A stretch of 64,000 nt of DNA. It comes from Solirubrobacterales bacterium (GTDB taxonomy: Bacteria; Actinomycetota; Thermoleophilia; Solirubrobacterales; 70-9). Under the pieces are notes generated by a model. It worked only from the letters and a program-made list of their open reading frames with translations, did no database searches and was not told where the DNA came from. Below are positions 24,498 to 33,385 of this stretch, one piece after another. The number at the start of each line of letters is the position of its first letter. The stretch's first letter is position 1. A program made the position numbers and the translations under genes. The stretch is taken from the NCBI GenBank assembly GCA_051954115.1, contig JBQCIB010000032.1:4872-68871 (forward strand), given 5' to 3'.

Positions 24498-25182
24498 CGA
24501 TTTCGCCGTTGCCGGTGACTTCGGTTTCCGGCAGTTCTTCGCTGATCTCGGCCTTGAACGAGCCGCCCGGGGCGACGCCGCCGGTCGTCTTCGCCCGCGC
24601 CTTGCCGCTGAGGCCGGCGTCGATGCGGTAGAGCAGGGTGTATTTGCCGGCGCGCACCGCGCTCAGCTTCCAGACCGCCCTCACCGTCTGCCCCGGCTTC
24701 ACTTCGCCGAAGTCGAAGGTCTTGCGGTTGGAGGTCGAGGCGCCGCCCGGGTCCGAGGAGCCGTGCAGCTTCGGGTAGCTCTGCGCCAGCACCCAGACCG
24801 GCCGTTCCGGTGCCGCCAGTTCGCGCTGCGGTTCGCTGACCCCGAACGGCAGCGAGGACTCGACCCCCTGCTTGCCGGCGATCGTGAAGGTGACGGTCAG
24901 CCCCGGTACCGTCCGCTTGCCGGTGTTGCGGATGCCGAGCTGGAGCAGCGAGGTCTGGCCCAGCACCTGCTTGGAGGGGAAGCGCGCTTCGGTCACCTTG
25001 ACGTGGAAGGTGCCCGTCGGTTCGTTGTCCGAGGAGGACCCCGAGCCGCCGCAGGCAGCGAGCAGCGCCGCCGCCGCCAGCGCGGCTAACCCGATCGCGA
25101 TGGCCTGGAGGCGGGTGTGCCGGGAATGTCGTCCGGTCCCCCGCAAAGCGGCCCGAACATAGCACGGGGTTTGGCGTCTCAC
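24475..25182 (-). CDS. Hypothetical lipoprotein
   Basis: The lipobox is AALLAACGGSGS, followed by a beta-rich mature part. The start is uncertain because the N-region is long. It overlaps the next gene by 23 nt. Confidence 0.5.
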   Translation of the reverse strand: MRRQTPCYVRAALRGTGRHSRHTRLQAIAIGLAALAAAALLAACGGSGSSSDNEPTGTFHVKVTEARFPSKQVLGQTSLLQLGIRNTGKRTVPGLTVTFTIAGKQGVESSLPFGVSEPQRELAAPERPVWVLAQSYPKLHGSSDPGGASTSNRKTFDFGEVKPGQTVRAVWKLSAVRAGKYTLLYRIDAGLSGKARAKTTGGVAPGGSFKAEISEELPETEVTGNGEIVEIKKGK

Positions 25183-25308
25183 GCAGGCATTTCCACTGCC
25201 TCTGACGGGTTAGCGCGATCTCAACACGCGGCCAACAGAGGGGACTGTTCGATCCCCTAGACTCCCGCTCACCGAGTGGGGCGCTGCGCGCGTGCGGTGC
25301 CGGCTCGG

Positions 25309-26127
25309 ATGGAGGAGCAGATGGTCGGAGCCGCGGTCAACAGGGCCTTTTTGCCCGCCAAGTCCCTGTTCGAACAGGTGGGGGAGATGATGATCCTCAC
25401 CGCGCGAACGATCGTTTCCGCGATCAGGCCTCCATATCCCTATGGCGAGGAGTTCATCGGCCAGTTCCTCTTCGCGCTGCAGCTCTGCTGGTTCCCGCTG
25501 CTGGTCTCCACCGTCGCCTTCGGCTTCGGGGCGCCGGGCCTGCAGGCGGCCAACTTCCTCTCGCTGTTCGGCGCCCTCGACCGCCTCGGCGGCTTCTTCG
25601 TCCTCGCCTCGATCCGCGAGTTCGCGCCGTTCGTGACCGCGGTGGTCGTCGCCGGCGTCGCCGGCACCGCGATCACCGCCGACCTCGGCGCCCGGAAGAT
25701 CCGCGAGGAGCTCGACGCCCTCCAGGTGCTCGGGGTCGACCCGATCAAGAACCTGGTCGTGCCGCGCTTCCTGGCGCTGATGCTGATCACCGGCCTGCTC
25801 GACATCTACGCGCTGGTCTTCGGGATCAGCGGCGGCATCCTCACCGAGATGCTCTACCACCAGCCGCTCGGTGGTTTCTTCGCCACGCTCTTCTCCAACG
25901 CCTCGATCACCGACCTCTGGGGCTCGGTGATCAAGTGCACGCTGTTCGGCGCGATCATCGCCGTCGTCTGCTCCTACAAGGGGATGACCGCCTCCGGCGG
26001 CGCCGCCGGCGTCGGCCGCGCCGTCAACGAGGCGGTGGTGATCGCCTTCATGGGCGTCTTCGCCTTCAACTACGCGTTCACCCAGACCCTCCTCGCCACC
26101 AACCCGGAGCTGCAGACGATCCGATGA
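25309..26127 (+). CDS. MlaE/YrbE-family ABC permease 1
   Basis: ASIREFAPFVTAVVVAGVAGTAITADLGARKIREELDALQVLGVDPIKNLVVPRFLA is the classic YrbE/MlaE signature. The start was set to ATG 25309. Confidence 0.9.
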   Translation: MEEQMVGAAVNRAFLPAKSLFEQVGEMMILTARTIVSAIRPPYPYGEEFIGQFLFALQLCWFPLLVSTVAFGFGAPGLQAANFLSLFGALDRLGGFFVLASIREFAPFVTAVVVAGVAGTAITADLGARKIREELDALQVLGVDPIKNLVVPRFLALMLITGLLDIYALVFGISGGILTEMLYHQPLGGFFATLFSNASITDLWGSVIKCTLFGAIIAVVCSYKGMTASGGAAGVGRAVNEAVVIAFMGVFAFNYAFTQTLLATNPELQTIR

Positions 26128-26921
26128 ACGCCTGGCTCGCTGTCCCCCGCGGCTGGCTCGACTCCTTCGGGGAGATCGCCCGCTTCAGCTCGCGCATCGC
26201 CGGCCTCGTCTACTCCGGCCGGGTGCTGCGCTTCTTCGGCGAGAGCCTGCGCCAGGCGGGGATCCTGATCCTCGGTTCGGCCCTGATCATCTGGGGGCTC
26301 GTCTTCATCCTCGGCCTGCAGTGCGGGATCGAGGGCGCCTACCTGCTGCGCGCCCAGGGCGCGCCCGCCTACGCCGGCGTCTTCTCGGCCTGGTGCGACC
26401 TGCGCGAGATCATGCCCTACGCCTTCGGCTACATGCTCGCGGCCAAGGTCGGGACCGGGATCGTCGCCGAGCTCGGGGCGATGCGGATCTCCGACGAGAT
26501 CGACGCCCTCGAGGTGATGGGCGTGCCGCCGGTCACCTTCCTCTGCGCCACCCGCCTGCTCGCCGCCTGGATCGCCTTCCCGTTCATGTACCTGGTCGGG
26601 ATCGGAATCATGTATCTCGCCAGCTACCTCGCCGTGGTCAAGCAGATCGGCGACGTCTCTTCGGGCGGCTACTTCCTGATCTTCTGGATGTTCCAGAACC
26701 CACCCGACCTGATCTTCAGCCTGATCAAGGGGATGTTCATGGCGACCGCGATCGTGCTGGTCGGGTGCTACTACGGGTACACCGCCTCCGGGGGACCGGT
26801 GGGCGTGGGGACCGCGACGGCGAAGTCGATGGTCCTCAACATCGTCTTAGTCCACATCATCGGGATGCTTGGGACCCTTGTCTTTTGGGGAGCGAATCCC
26901 CGTGCGCCGATAGGAGGCTGA
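26124..26921 (+). CDS. MlaE/YrbE-family ABC permease 2
   Basis: LAAKVGTGIVAELGAMRISDEIDALEVMGVPPVTFLCATRLLA. ATGA overlap with the upstream gene. Confidence 0.9.
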   Translation: MNAWLAVPRGWLDSFGEIARFSSRIAGLVYSGRVLRFFGESLRQAGILILGSALIIWGLVFILGLQCGIEGAYLLRAQGAPAYAGVFSAWCDLREIMPYAFGYMLAAKVGTGIVAELGAMRISDEIDALEVMGVPPVTFLCATRLLAAWIAFPFMYLVGIGIMYLASYLAVVKQIGDVSSGGYFLIFWMFQNPPDLIFSLIKGMFMATAIVLVGCYYGYTASGGPVGVGTATAKSMVLNIVLVHIIGMLGTLVFWGANPRAPIGG

Positions 26922-26923
26922 CC

Positions 26924-27934
26924 GTGTCGATCGAGGAAGAAAACCGCTTCGAAGCCGAAGAGGCGCGCGAAGAAGAAGAGGCGCTGCAGGACGAAGCGAC
27001 CTCAAGCGCCGAAGCCCCGCCCGAGGTGGTCACCGACGCCGATCGCGAACCGCGCGACGAAGGCCCTTACGTGAGCGAGGACGGGGCGGTGATGGGGCGC
27101 GACTTCGTCATCCCGGGCGTCAACCCGCGCGAGCACGACCCCTACAAATTCCACACCGGCCGCAAGCGCGACCACGGCGGCGAGGACGCGATCGAGATCA
27201 TCGACCTGGTCAAGCAGTTCGGCCGCGCCCGCATCCTCAACGGGCTCAACCTCGGGCTGCCGGAGAACCAGGTCTCGATGGTGCTGGGCCCCTCGGGGAC
27301 CGGCAAGAGCGTGCTGATCAAGCACATCGTCGGCCTGCTCTACCCCGACTCGGGCGACGTCCTCGTGCACGGGGAATCGATCCCGAACATGACTGACGAC
27401 GAACTCTTCGAGGTGCGGAAAAAGTTCGGCCTGCTGTTCCAGGACGGGGCGCTGTTCGGCTCGATGAACATCTACGACAACGTCGCCTTCCCGCTGCGCC
27501 AGCACACCGACAAAGGCGAGGAGGAGATCGGCGAGATCGTCAACCGGCGCCTCAAGGAGGTCGGCCTCAGCGAGGCGACCTACAAGATGCCGAACGAGCT
27601 CTCCGGCGGCATGCGCAAGCGTGCCGGCTTCGCCCGGGCGCTGGTGCTGGAACCGGCGATCGTGATGTTCGACGAGCCCGACTCCGGCCTCGACCCGGTC
27701 CGCACGGCGCTGCTCTGCGAGCTGATCCGCGAGGTCCACGCCGAGAACGGCGGCTGCTACCTGGTGATCAGCCACGACCTCGGGACCGCGCGCCGCATCG
27801 CCGACTTCATCGCCGTGCTCTGGAGCGGCAAGATCGTCGAGTCCGGCCCCAAAGAGGAGCTGTTCGACTCGAGCAACCCGTTCGTCAGCCAGTTCCTCAA
27901 CGCTGACGTCACCGGGCCGCTCTCGATGGACTGA
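26924..27934 (+). CDS. MlaF/Mkl-type ABC ATPase with a roughly 95-aa acidic N-terminal extension
   Basis: AGGAGG sits 6 nt before GTG 26924. Motifs: GPSGTGKS (Walker A), LSGGMRKRAGFARAL (signature), VMFDEPDSGLD (Walker B). Confidence 0.9.
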   Translation: MSIEEENRFEAEEAREEEEALQDEATSSAEAPPEVVTDADREPRDEGPYVSEDGAVMGRDFVIPGVNPREHDPYKFHTGRKRDHGGEDAIEIIDLVKQFGRARILNGLNLGLPENQVSMVLGPSGTGKSVLIKHIVGLLYPDSGDVLVHGESIPNMTDDELFEVRKKFGLLFQDGALFGSMNIYDNVAFPLRQHTDKGEEEIGEIVNRRLKEVGLSEATYKMPNELSGGMRKRAGFARALVLEPAIVMFDEPDSGLDPVRTALLCELIREVHAENGGCYLVISHDLGTARRIADFIAVLWSGKIVESGPKEELFDSSNPFVSQFLNADVTGPLSMD

Positions 27935-27937
27935 GGA

Positions 27938-30427
27938 TTGAGCGCCGGAAGCTGGTTCGGGCGCGTCGCGGCGTGGGCGGCTGAGCACGCGCGACCGCTG
28001 CTTGCGGTCACCGTCGTCGTTGCGACGGGAGCGGCGATCGGGGCGACGCAGATCCCGACCGATGCCGGCGTCGGCACCCTCGCCAACTCCGGCTCGGCCA
28101 CCTACAAGGCGACGCAGCAGGTTCGCGAGGAGTTCGGCGAAGAACCGGTCGTCGTCCTCGTCAAGGGCGAACTGCCGCAGCTGATCCTGACCCAGAACAT
28201 CTTCAAGCTGCTGCGGCTGGAGGGCTGCCTCTCGGGCAACGTGCCGAAGGGGGCGCATCCGATCCCCGGTCCCTGCGCCGAACTGGCTGACATGCACGCG
28301 GTCGAGTTCCTCACCGGGCCGGCGACGTTCCTCAACGAGTCGGTGGTGCAGATCGAAACCCAGCTGCGGCGGCTGGCCGAACACGTGCCGGCGGCGCGGT
28401 TCAAGGAATACCTGCTGGCGGTGGCGACCAAGTACGGGATCACCAGCGTCCCCAGCATCGACAACGAAGAATTCGTCGCCACCGTCGTCTTCGACCTCGC
28501 CCGCCCGCGCGGGACGCCGAAGGCGCGCCTGTCCTACGTCTTCCCCAACGCGAGATCGGCCCAGATCGTGATCCGGCTGAAGCCGGGCCTGAGCCAATCC
28601 GAGCGGCACCGGGCGATCGGCCTGATCGAAGCCGCGGTCCACGAAACGACGCCGCGGAAGGCGTGCAAGGAAGGGGGCAAGCCTGCTCCCTGCTTTACGC
28701 TCGAAGGTGGCCGCTACGTCGTCTCCGGGGCGCCGGTCGTCATCGACGGGGTCGCGCGAGCGTTGAAGGAGGCGCTGCTGGTGCTCTTCGCGATCGCGAT
28801 CGTCGTGATGGCGATCGTCCTCTTCCTCGTCTTCCGGTCGAAATGGCGACTGCTCCCACTTGCCGTTGCTCTGATGGCCGTCGCGATCACCTTCGGCCTG
28901 CTGGCTCTGGTCGGCGGCAGCTTCACGATGGCTTCGATCGCCGCCCTTCCGATCCTCATCGGCCTCGCCGTCGATTACGGCATCCAGTTCCAAGCCCGCT
29001 ACGACGAGGTCGCCGGCGAGGCGGGCGACTTTGTCAACCATGGGTTTGCAAAGTCGACCGCCGTGGCCGGGGGGCCGATCATCGGGACGGCCTGCTTGGC
29101 GACGGGTGTGGGCTTTCTCGCGCTGCAGCTGTCGCCGATTCCGATGGTTCGAGGGTTCGGCTGGCTGTTGATTCTTGGGATCGCCATCGCGTTTGTGCTC
29201 GCGCTGACTACCGGGCTAGGGACGCTGGGGTTGCGGCGGGCGGGTTCTGTCGCCGCGGGGGACCCACCACCCCCGACGACACCTCGGGGATGGTCCCCCC
29301 TACGACGCCACCCGCCCGTGGAGCGGTTTTTGTCCCTGGCGCGGGCGTATCCGGAGATGGTCCTGAGCGTCGCGGTGGCGCTGGCCGTCGTCGGGTGGGC
29401 AGCTGGTACTCAGGTCGAAACCGTTTCGGACATTCGGTCGCTGGCGCCGCAGAACATCAAGGCGGTGGAAGGGCTGAACGAACTGCAGGAGACGACGGGG
29501 GTGTCGGGGGCGCTGGAAGTGAGGGTTGAAGCCCCTGACTTCACGGATCCGGCGACGATCGAGTGGATGGCGGGGTTCAAGAAGCGGGTGCTCGAAAGTG
29601 GCGGCTTCAAGGGGGAAGACCCGAGTTGCCTGCAGGCGGAAATCTGCCCGGGGCCGGCGCTGTCGGATTTCCTGATCCGGGGGGAAGAAAAGCCGACGAG
29701 GGAACGGATCGAAGGAACGCTGGCGGCGCTGTCGCCCTATGACCTTCGGCAAGTCGCCCCGCTTGATCCGAAGACCGGTGAAGTTGGGCACACGGCCCTG
29801 ATGACCTTCGGCATACGTGCCCAGTCGCTCGAGGACCAGCAGAAGCTGATCGAACGGGTGCGGGACGCAGTTGGGACGCCACCCTCTGGAGTGGAAGTGC
29901 AGCTGACCGGGTTGCCCGTTATTGCTGCTCAGTCAGCCAGCGACCTGTCGAGCAGCCGCTATTGGCTCACGCTCGCCGGTCTCGCTCTCGTAGCCGCTGC
30001 CCTGTTGATCGTCTGGCGCTCATGGCGCAAGGCGTTGGTCCCGCTGGTGCCGACGGTGCTGGCCACGGGCTGGGCCTCTTTGCTGCTTTGGATCACTGGC
30101 ATTCCGCTGAACCCGATGTCCGCGGCGCTTGGCGCCCTGACCATCGCGATCGCGACGGAGTTCGGGGTGCTGTTGGTCGGGCGCTTCCACGAGGAGCGCG
30201 CCGGCGGAGCGGGGGTGGAGGAGGCGCTTCGTCGCGCCTATGCGCGCACCGGTGCGGCGGTGCTCGCATCGGGCGTCACCGCGATCGCCGGCTTCGCCGT
30301 CCTCATCGCCAGCGAAGTCCAGATGCTGCGGGACTTCGGGGCGGTCACGGTGGTCGACCTGACCGCGGCGCTGGTCGGCGTGCTGCTCGTCCTGCCGGCG
30401 ACCCTGCTGCTGCTGGAAGAGCGATGA
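27938..30427 (+). CDS. MMPL-family (RND superfamily) membrane transporter
   Basis: An 829-aa protein with two blocks (periplasmic domain plus 5-6 TM helices). It contains ILIGLAVDYGIQFQARY and IAIATEFGVLLVGRFHEER. TTG 27938 lies 3 nt after the ATPase stop. Confidence 0.85.
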   Translation: MSAGSWFGRVAAWAAEHARPLLAVTVVVATGAAIGATQIPTDAGVGTLANSGSATYKATQQVREEFGEEPVVVLVKGELPQLILTQNIFKLLRLEGCLSGNVPKGAHPIPGPCAELADMHAVEFLTGPATFLNESVVQIETQLRRLAEHVPAARFKEYLLAVATKYGITSVPSIDNEEFVATVVFDLARPRGTPKARLSYVFPNARSAQIVIRLKPGLSQSERHRAIGLIEAAVHETTPRKACKEGGKPAPCFTLEGGRYVVSGAPVVIDGVARALKEALLVLFAIAIVVMAIVLFLVFRSKWRLLPLAVALMAVAITFGLLALVGGSFTMASIAALPILIGLAVDYGIQFQARYDEVAGEAGDFVNHGFAKSTAVAGGPIIGTACLATGVGFLALQLSPIPMVRGFGWLLILGIAIAFVLALTTGLGTLGLRRAGSVAAGDPPPPTTPRGWSPLRRHPPVERFLSLARAYPEMVLSVAVALAVVGWAAGTQVETVSDIRSLAPQNIKAVEGLNELQETTGVSGALEVRVEAPDFTDPATIEWMAGFKKRVLESGGFKGEDPSCLQAEICPGPALSDFLIRGEEKPTRERIEGTLAALSPYDLRQVAPLDPKTGEVGHTALMTFGIRAQSLEDQQKLIERVRDAVGTPPSGVEVQLTGLPVIAAQSASDLSSSRYWLTLAGLALVAAALLIVWRSWRKALVPLVPTVLATGWASLLLWITGIPLNPMSAALGALTIAIATEFGVLLVGRFHEERAGGAGVEEALRRAYARTGAAVLASGVTAIAGFAVLIASEVQMLRDFGAVTVVDLTAALVGVLLVLPATLLLLEER
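29024..29058. repeat. 35-bp palindromic element, copy B, inside the MMPL coding sequence
   Basis: GGCGACTTTGTCAACCATGGGTTTGCAAAGTCGAC is 30/35 identical to copy A at 2073-2107. It is read in a different frame from any ORF at copy A. Confidence 0.6.
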
Positions 30428-31083
30428 GGGACCGCTACTCGATCCTCGTCGGGCTGATCTTCCTCGCGGTGATCGTCGTCGCCACCGTCAACACGATCGA
30501 GGGCGGAGGGGGAGGGGAGACGCTCGGGCTCGACAGGCTGCCGGCGCGCTGGCCGCTGCCGGAGTTCGCTGTCCCCGAAGGTGCGGGCGAACTCGAAGGC
30601 GACGCCAACGTCGCCCAAGACGATTGCGAAACCTCTTCGCTTCCCTGCCCCGAATCCTCCCAGCGCACCCCCGCCTGCCGGATCGGGACCGCCGAAGCGA
30701 TCCGGGTCTGCGATCTCTTCGACAAGCCGCTGGTGATCTCGTTCTGGTTCAGCGAGGGAAGTGGCTGTGCCGACCAGCAAGATGTGGTCGAGCGCCTCTA
30801 TCGGCGCTACCGTGGACGGGTGGGGTTCCTCTCGCTCGACATCCGCGACGACAGGGACACGCTGCGCGAACTGATCCGCCGGCACGGCTGGACGCTGCCG
30901 GTCGGTTACGACCGCGACGGCGCCGTCGCCGCCCTCTACGGAGTCGGCGGCTGCCCTACCTTTGCTTACGTCTATCCGGGGGGCACTTTGCAGAGCGCCA
31001 GCATCGGCGACCTCACCGCGGCCCAGCTGGGCGAACGCGTCGAACAGCTGCTCGCCGCTACGAGGGCGGCGGAACGAGGCTGA
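30424..31083 (+). CDS. Membrane-anchored thioredoxin-fold (TlpA/redoxin-like) protein lacking the CxxC motif
   Basis: An N-terminal TM helix is followed by KPLVISFWFSEGSGCADQ where WCxxC is expected, then GVGGCPTFAYVYPGG. ATGA overlap with the MMPL stop. Confidence 0.6.
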   Translation: MRDRYSILVGLIFLAVIVVATVNTIEGGGGGETLGLDRLPARWPLPEFAVPEGAGELEGDANVAQDDCETSSLPCPESSQRTPACRIGTAEAIRVCDLFDKPLVISFWFSEGSGCADQQDVVERLYRRYRGRVGFLSLDIRDDRDTLRELIRRHGWTLPVGYDRDGAVAALYGVGGCPTFAYVYPGGTLQSASIGDLTAAQLGERVEQLLAATRAAERG

Positions 31084-31084
31084 G

Positions 31085-31753
31085 GTGGCCGACGTTGCCG
31101 CACAGCGGATGGGCTGGGTCCCGGCGCCGCGGCAGGGCTGGGTCGCCCCACACATCGCCTCCGAGTTCCCTGGGCTGGGGATCGCCTGGGTCGAGGTCGA
31201 CGCCAAACCGGGTCGCAGCCCGGAGCCGGTGCGGCGGCGGCTCCGCGACCTCTCCGACCGCACCAACGGCGCCCACGCGATCCGCCTGCGCGAACGGCCG
31301 ATCCCCTGGGCCTACCGGGTCTTCTTCCGCCAGATCGGGCTCGACCCCGACCGTACCCGCACGCCGGTCGAGCAGCTCTCGCTCGACCGCCTCCACGACG
31401 GCGGCTTCCGCAGCAAGGGACTGCCGGCGGATGCGCTTGACATCGCGATCGTCGAGACCGGAGTGGCGCTGCGCGCCTTCGACGCCGACCAGATCGTCGG
31501 CAGCCTCTGCATCCGCGATTCAGCCCCGGGAGAGGGGCTGGCGGGAGAGGCGAGCGAGATGGCGCAGGGGACGCTGACGATCGCCGACGAGACGAAGCCG
31601 ATCGGCCTTCTTTTCGGCGCCACCGCCGAGGGATATGGCGTCGAGCGGAGGACCCGTCGCATCGCCGTCGCCGCGGTCCAGGTCAAGGGGGTGCCGCAGA
31701 TCGCCGTCGAGGAGGCTCTGTGGATGGCCGCGGCGACGTTGGAGGCCGCCTGA
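31085..31753 (+). CDS. Stand-alone B3/B4 (PheRS-beta-like tRNA-binding) domain protein
   Basis: PIPWAYRVFFRQIGLDPDRTRTPVEQLSLDRLHDGGF..LDIAIVETGVALRAFDADQI resembles COG3382-type B3/4 proteins, from recollection. Confidence 0.55.
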   Translation: MADVAAQRMGWVPAPRQGWVAPHIASEFPGLGIAWVEVDAKPGRSPEPVRRRLRDLSDRTNGAHAIRLRERPIPWAYRVFFRQIGLDPDRTRTPVEQLSLDRLHDGGFRSKGLPADALDIAIVETGVALRAFDADQIVGSLCIRDSAPGEGLAGEASEMAQGTLTIADETKPIGLLFGATAEGYGVERRTRRIAVAAVQVKGVPQIAVEEALWMAAATLEAA

Positions 31754-31769
31754 CCTACACTTTCTTCTG

Positions 31770-32264
31770 ATGCCCGCTCTGCTGAAACACGAGGAGTTCG
31801 CCGGGCTCGGGATCGGAGTCGACGAGCGCGAGGCGCGGCTCGAGCTGCGCCGCCAGATCGCCCGCTTGGAGGCGGAGCTGGCCTCGCTCTTCGGCGAGGC
31901 CTTCGGCCACACCGAGATCCCCCATCGGGTGGCGGGCAGCGCTGCCGCACCGCGGGTGCTCGACCTCGGCGAGCTGGAGGCCGTCCGCGACAGCCTTGCC
32001 GGCCGCATCGCCGAAGCCCGCGCGGCCCTCGCCGACCGCGCGCAGGTCGAGACGCAGAACCGTCAGCTGTTGCAGGAAATGCTCGACGCGCCCGCGGAGT
32101 TCAAGTGGGTCCGCATCAGCCGCGCCGACGTCGGCGAGCCCGGTTGCGGCACCTGGCACTCGCGTCCGCGCCTCGGGCCGATCGGGATGCTGATGGGCTG
32201 GTGGCGGGTCAAGGTCTCTTCCGGATGCCCGTTAGCCGGGCGGCTTGCGGCCGTTGAGCAGTAG
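31770..32264 (+). CDS. Hypothetical protein (coiled coil plus Cys/Trp-rich C-terminus)
   Basis: MPALLKHEEF..RQIARLEAELASLFG..GCGTWHSRPRLGPIGMLMGWWRVKVSSGCP. I recognise no family. Confidence 0.5.
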   Translation: MPALLKHEEFAGLGIGVDEREARLELRRQIARLEAELASLFGEAFGHTEIPHRVAGSAAAPRVLDLGELEAVRDSLAGRIAEARAALADRAQVETQNRQLLQEMLDAPAEFKWVRISRADVGEPGCGTWHSRPRLGPIGMLMGWWRVKVSSGCPLAGRLAAVEQ

Positions 32265-32709
32265 ATCGAAGACCAAGCCGAAGCCCGCAAAGCGGGATGC
32301 GCGGAAACCCGCAAAGCGGGTTTCCGTCCCTGACGAGCGCCCCCCCGCCCCGTGGGGCAACGCGCCGCTGGCGGAGCTGGTCATCCTCGCCGGCATCGTC
32401 TCGCTGGCGATTGGCGTGATCGGCGGCCACCCGACCCTGATCGGGGTCGGCGTCGTCTGCGCCGGCCTCGGCGGCCTCGAGGTGGCGATCCGCGAGCACT
32501 TCGCCGGCTACCGCTCCCACACCACCCTGCTGGCCGGGGCGGCCTTCGTGCTCACCACCGGCCTCGTCTTCTACGCCGCCAACCAGGTCCTGGCGGTGGC
32601 CCTGGCAATCGGAGCGGTTGCCTTCGCGATCGTCTTCTACCTCGCTCGCCGCGCATTCCAGCGTGCCTCCGGTGGCCTCAGCTACCGGGTCGGTGGAATG
32701 CGCGGCTAA
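32245..32709 (+). CDS. Hypothetical membrane protein (basic N-terminus, 4 TM helices)
   Basis: KTKPKPAKRDARKPAKR is followed by four hydrophobic segments. It overlaps the upstream gene by 20 nt. Confidence 0.55.
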   Translation: MRPLSSRSKTKPKPAKRDARKPAKRVSVPDERPPAPWGNAPLAELVILAGIVSLAIGVIGGHPTLIGVGVVCAGLGGLEVAIREHFAGYRSHTTLLAGAAFVLTTGLVFYAANQVLAVALAIGAVAFAIVFYLARRAFQRASGGLSYRVGGMRG

Positions 32710-32713
32710 GCGC

Positions 32714-33019
32714 TTAAGCCGCTACAGCCTCGCGCCCCTCCGAGCGGGTTGCCAGCTCCTGCGCCAGCATTCGTCGCTGGCGCTCGGTGAGCGTTCCCAG
32801 CTGCTTGTTCTCGTTCAGCGACAGCGGCAAGAGGAACTTGCGGGCGCGCGTCCGCCCCCACCGCCGCTGGCTGGTCAGGAGCTCGGCGATGGTCATGCTC
32901 TCGGTCTCCCACGGGCAGTTGCGAACCACCTCCGCGGCATCCATGTCGCCCCGCGCAATTGCGCGCTTCAGCTCTGCTCTGGCGAGGCGCACCATGTTGG
33001 CCCTCTCCAGTGCCCTCAT
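32714..33019 (-). CDS. Integration host factor, actinobacterial type (mIHF-like)
   Basis: MRALERANMVRLARAELKRAIARGDMDAAEVV..MTIAELLTSQRRWGRTRARKFL..LGTLTERQRRMLAQEL. The track start 33151 would add 44 aa and is possible but less typical. Confidence 0.6.
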   Translation of the reverse strand: MRALERANMVRLARAELKRAIARGDMDAAEVVRNCPWETESMTIAELLTSQRRWGRTRARKFLLPLSLNENKQLGTLTERQRRMLAQELATRSEGREAVAA

Positions 33020-33385
33020 GTGCTGCGGGGCCTCGGTTGGGTCAATGGTCGATGGTGGTGCCGTTGAGGCAGCTTCCACTGGACTCCTCCCTTCAAGGAA
33101 TCGTTGAACTGGGGTTATCGGATCCGGCCGGGCGACCAACGCCTCTCCCAAGGCCGTGGTCCTACCGGACCGACTTCTCTCTCTTGCCGACCGACCCGCC
33201 CGGGTCGATCAGCGAGGAGGCCAAGCTATGTCTTCGAGGTGCCGCGCGTCAAGCCGCATGCACCGAAATGGCGTCCGACCCATTCGCTAAGAGCAACAAT
33301 TTCGGCCCCGACCTCCGCTTGTCCGAATCTGGACAAGGCTGAAACTACCCTCGGTGGGGGATGTCAAGAATTTGTGACCAAAAAA

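Noticed and set aside
33152-33385. 234-nt spacer upstream of the mIHF-like gene as a possible ncRNA or tRNA locus
   Set aside because: I could find no cloverleaf, no strong hairpin and no repeat. It is most simply the promoter and leader of the mIHF-like gene, whose start is itself uncertain (33019 versus 33151).
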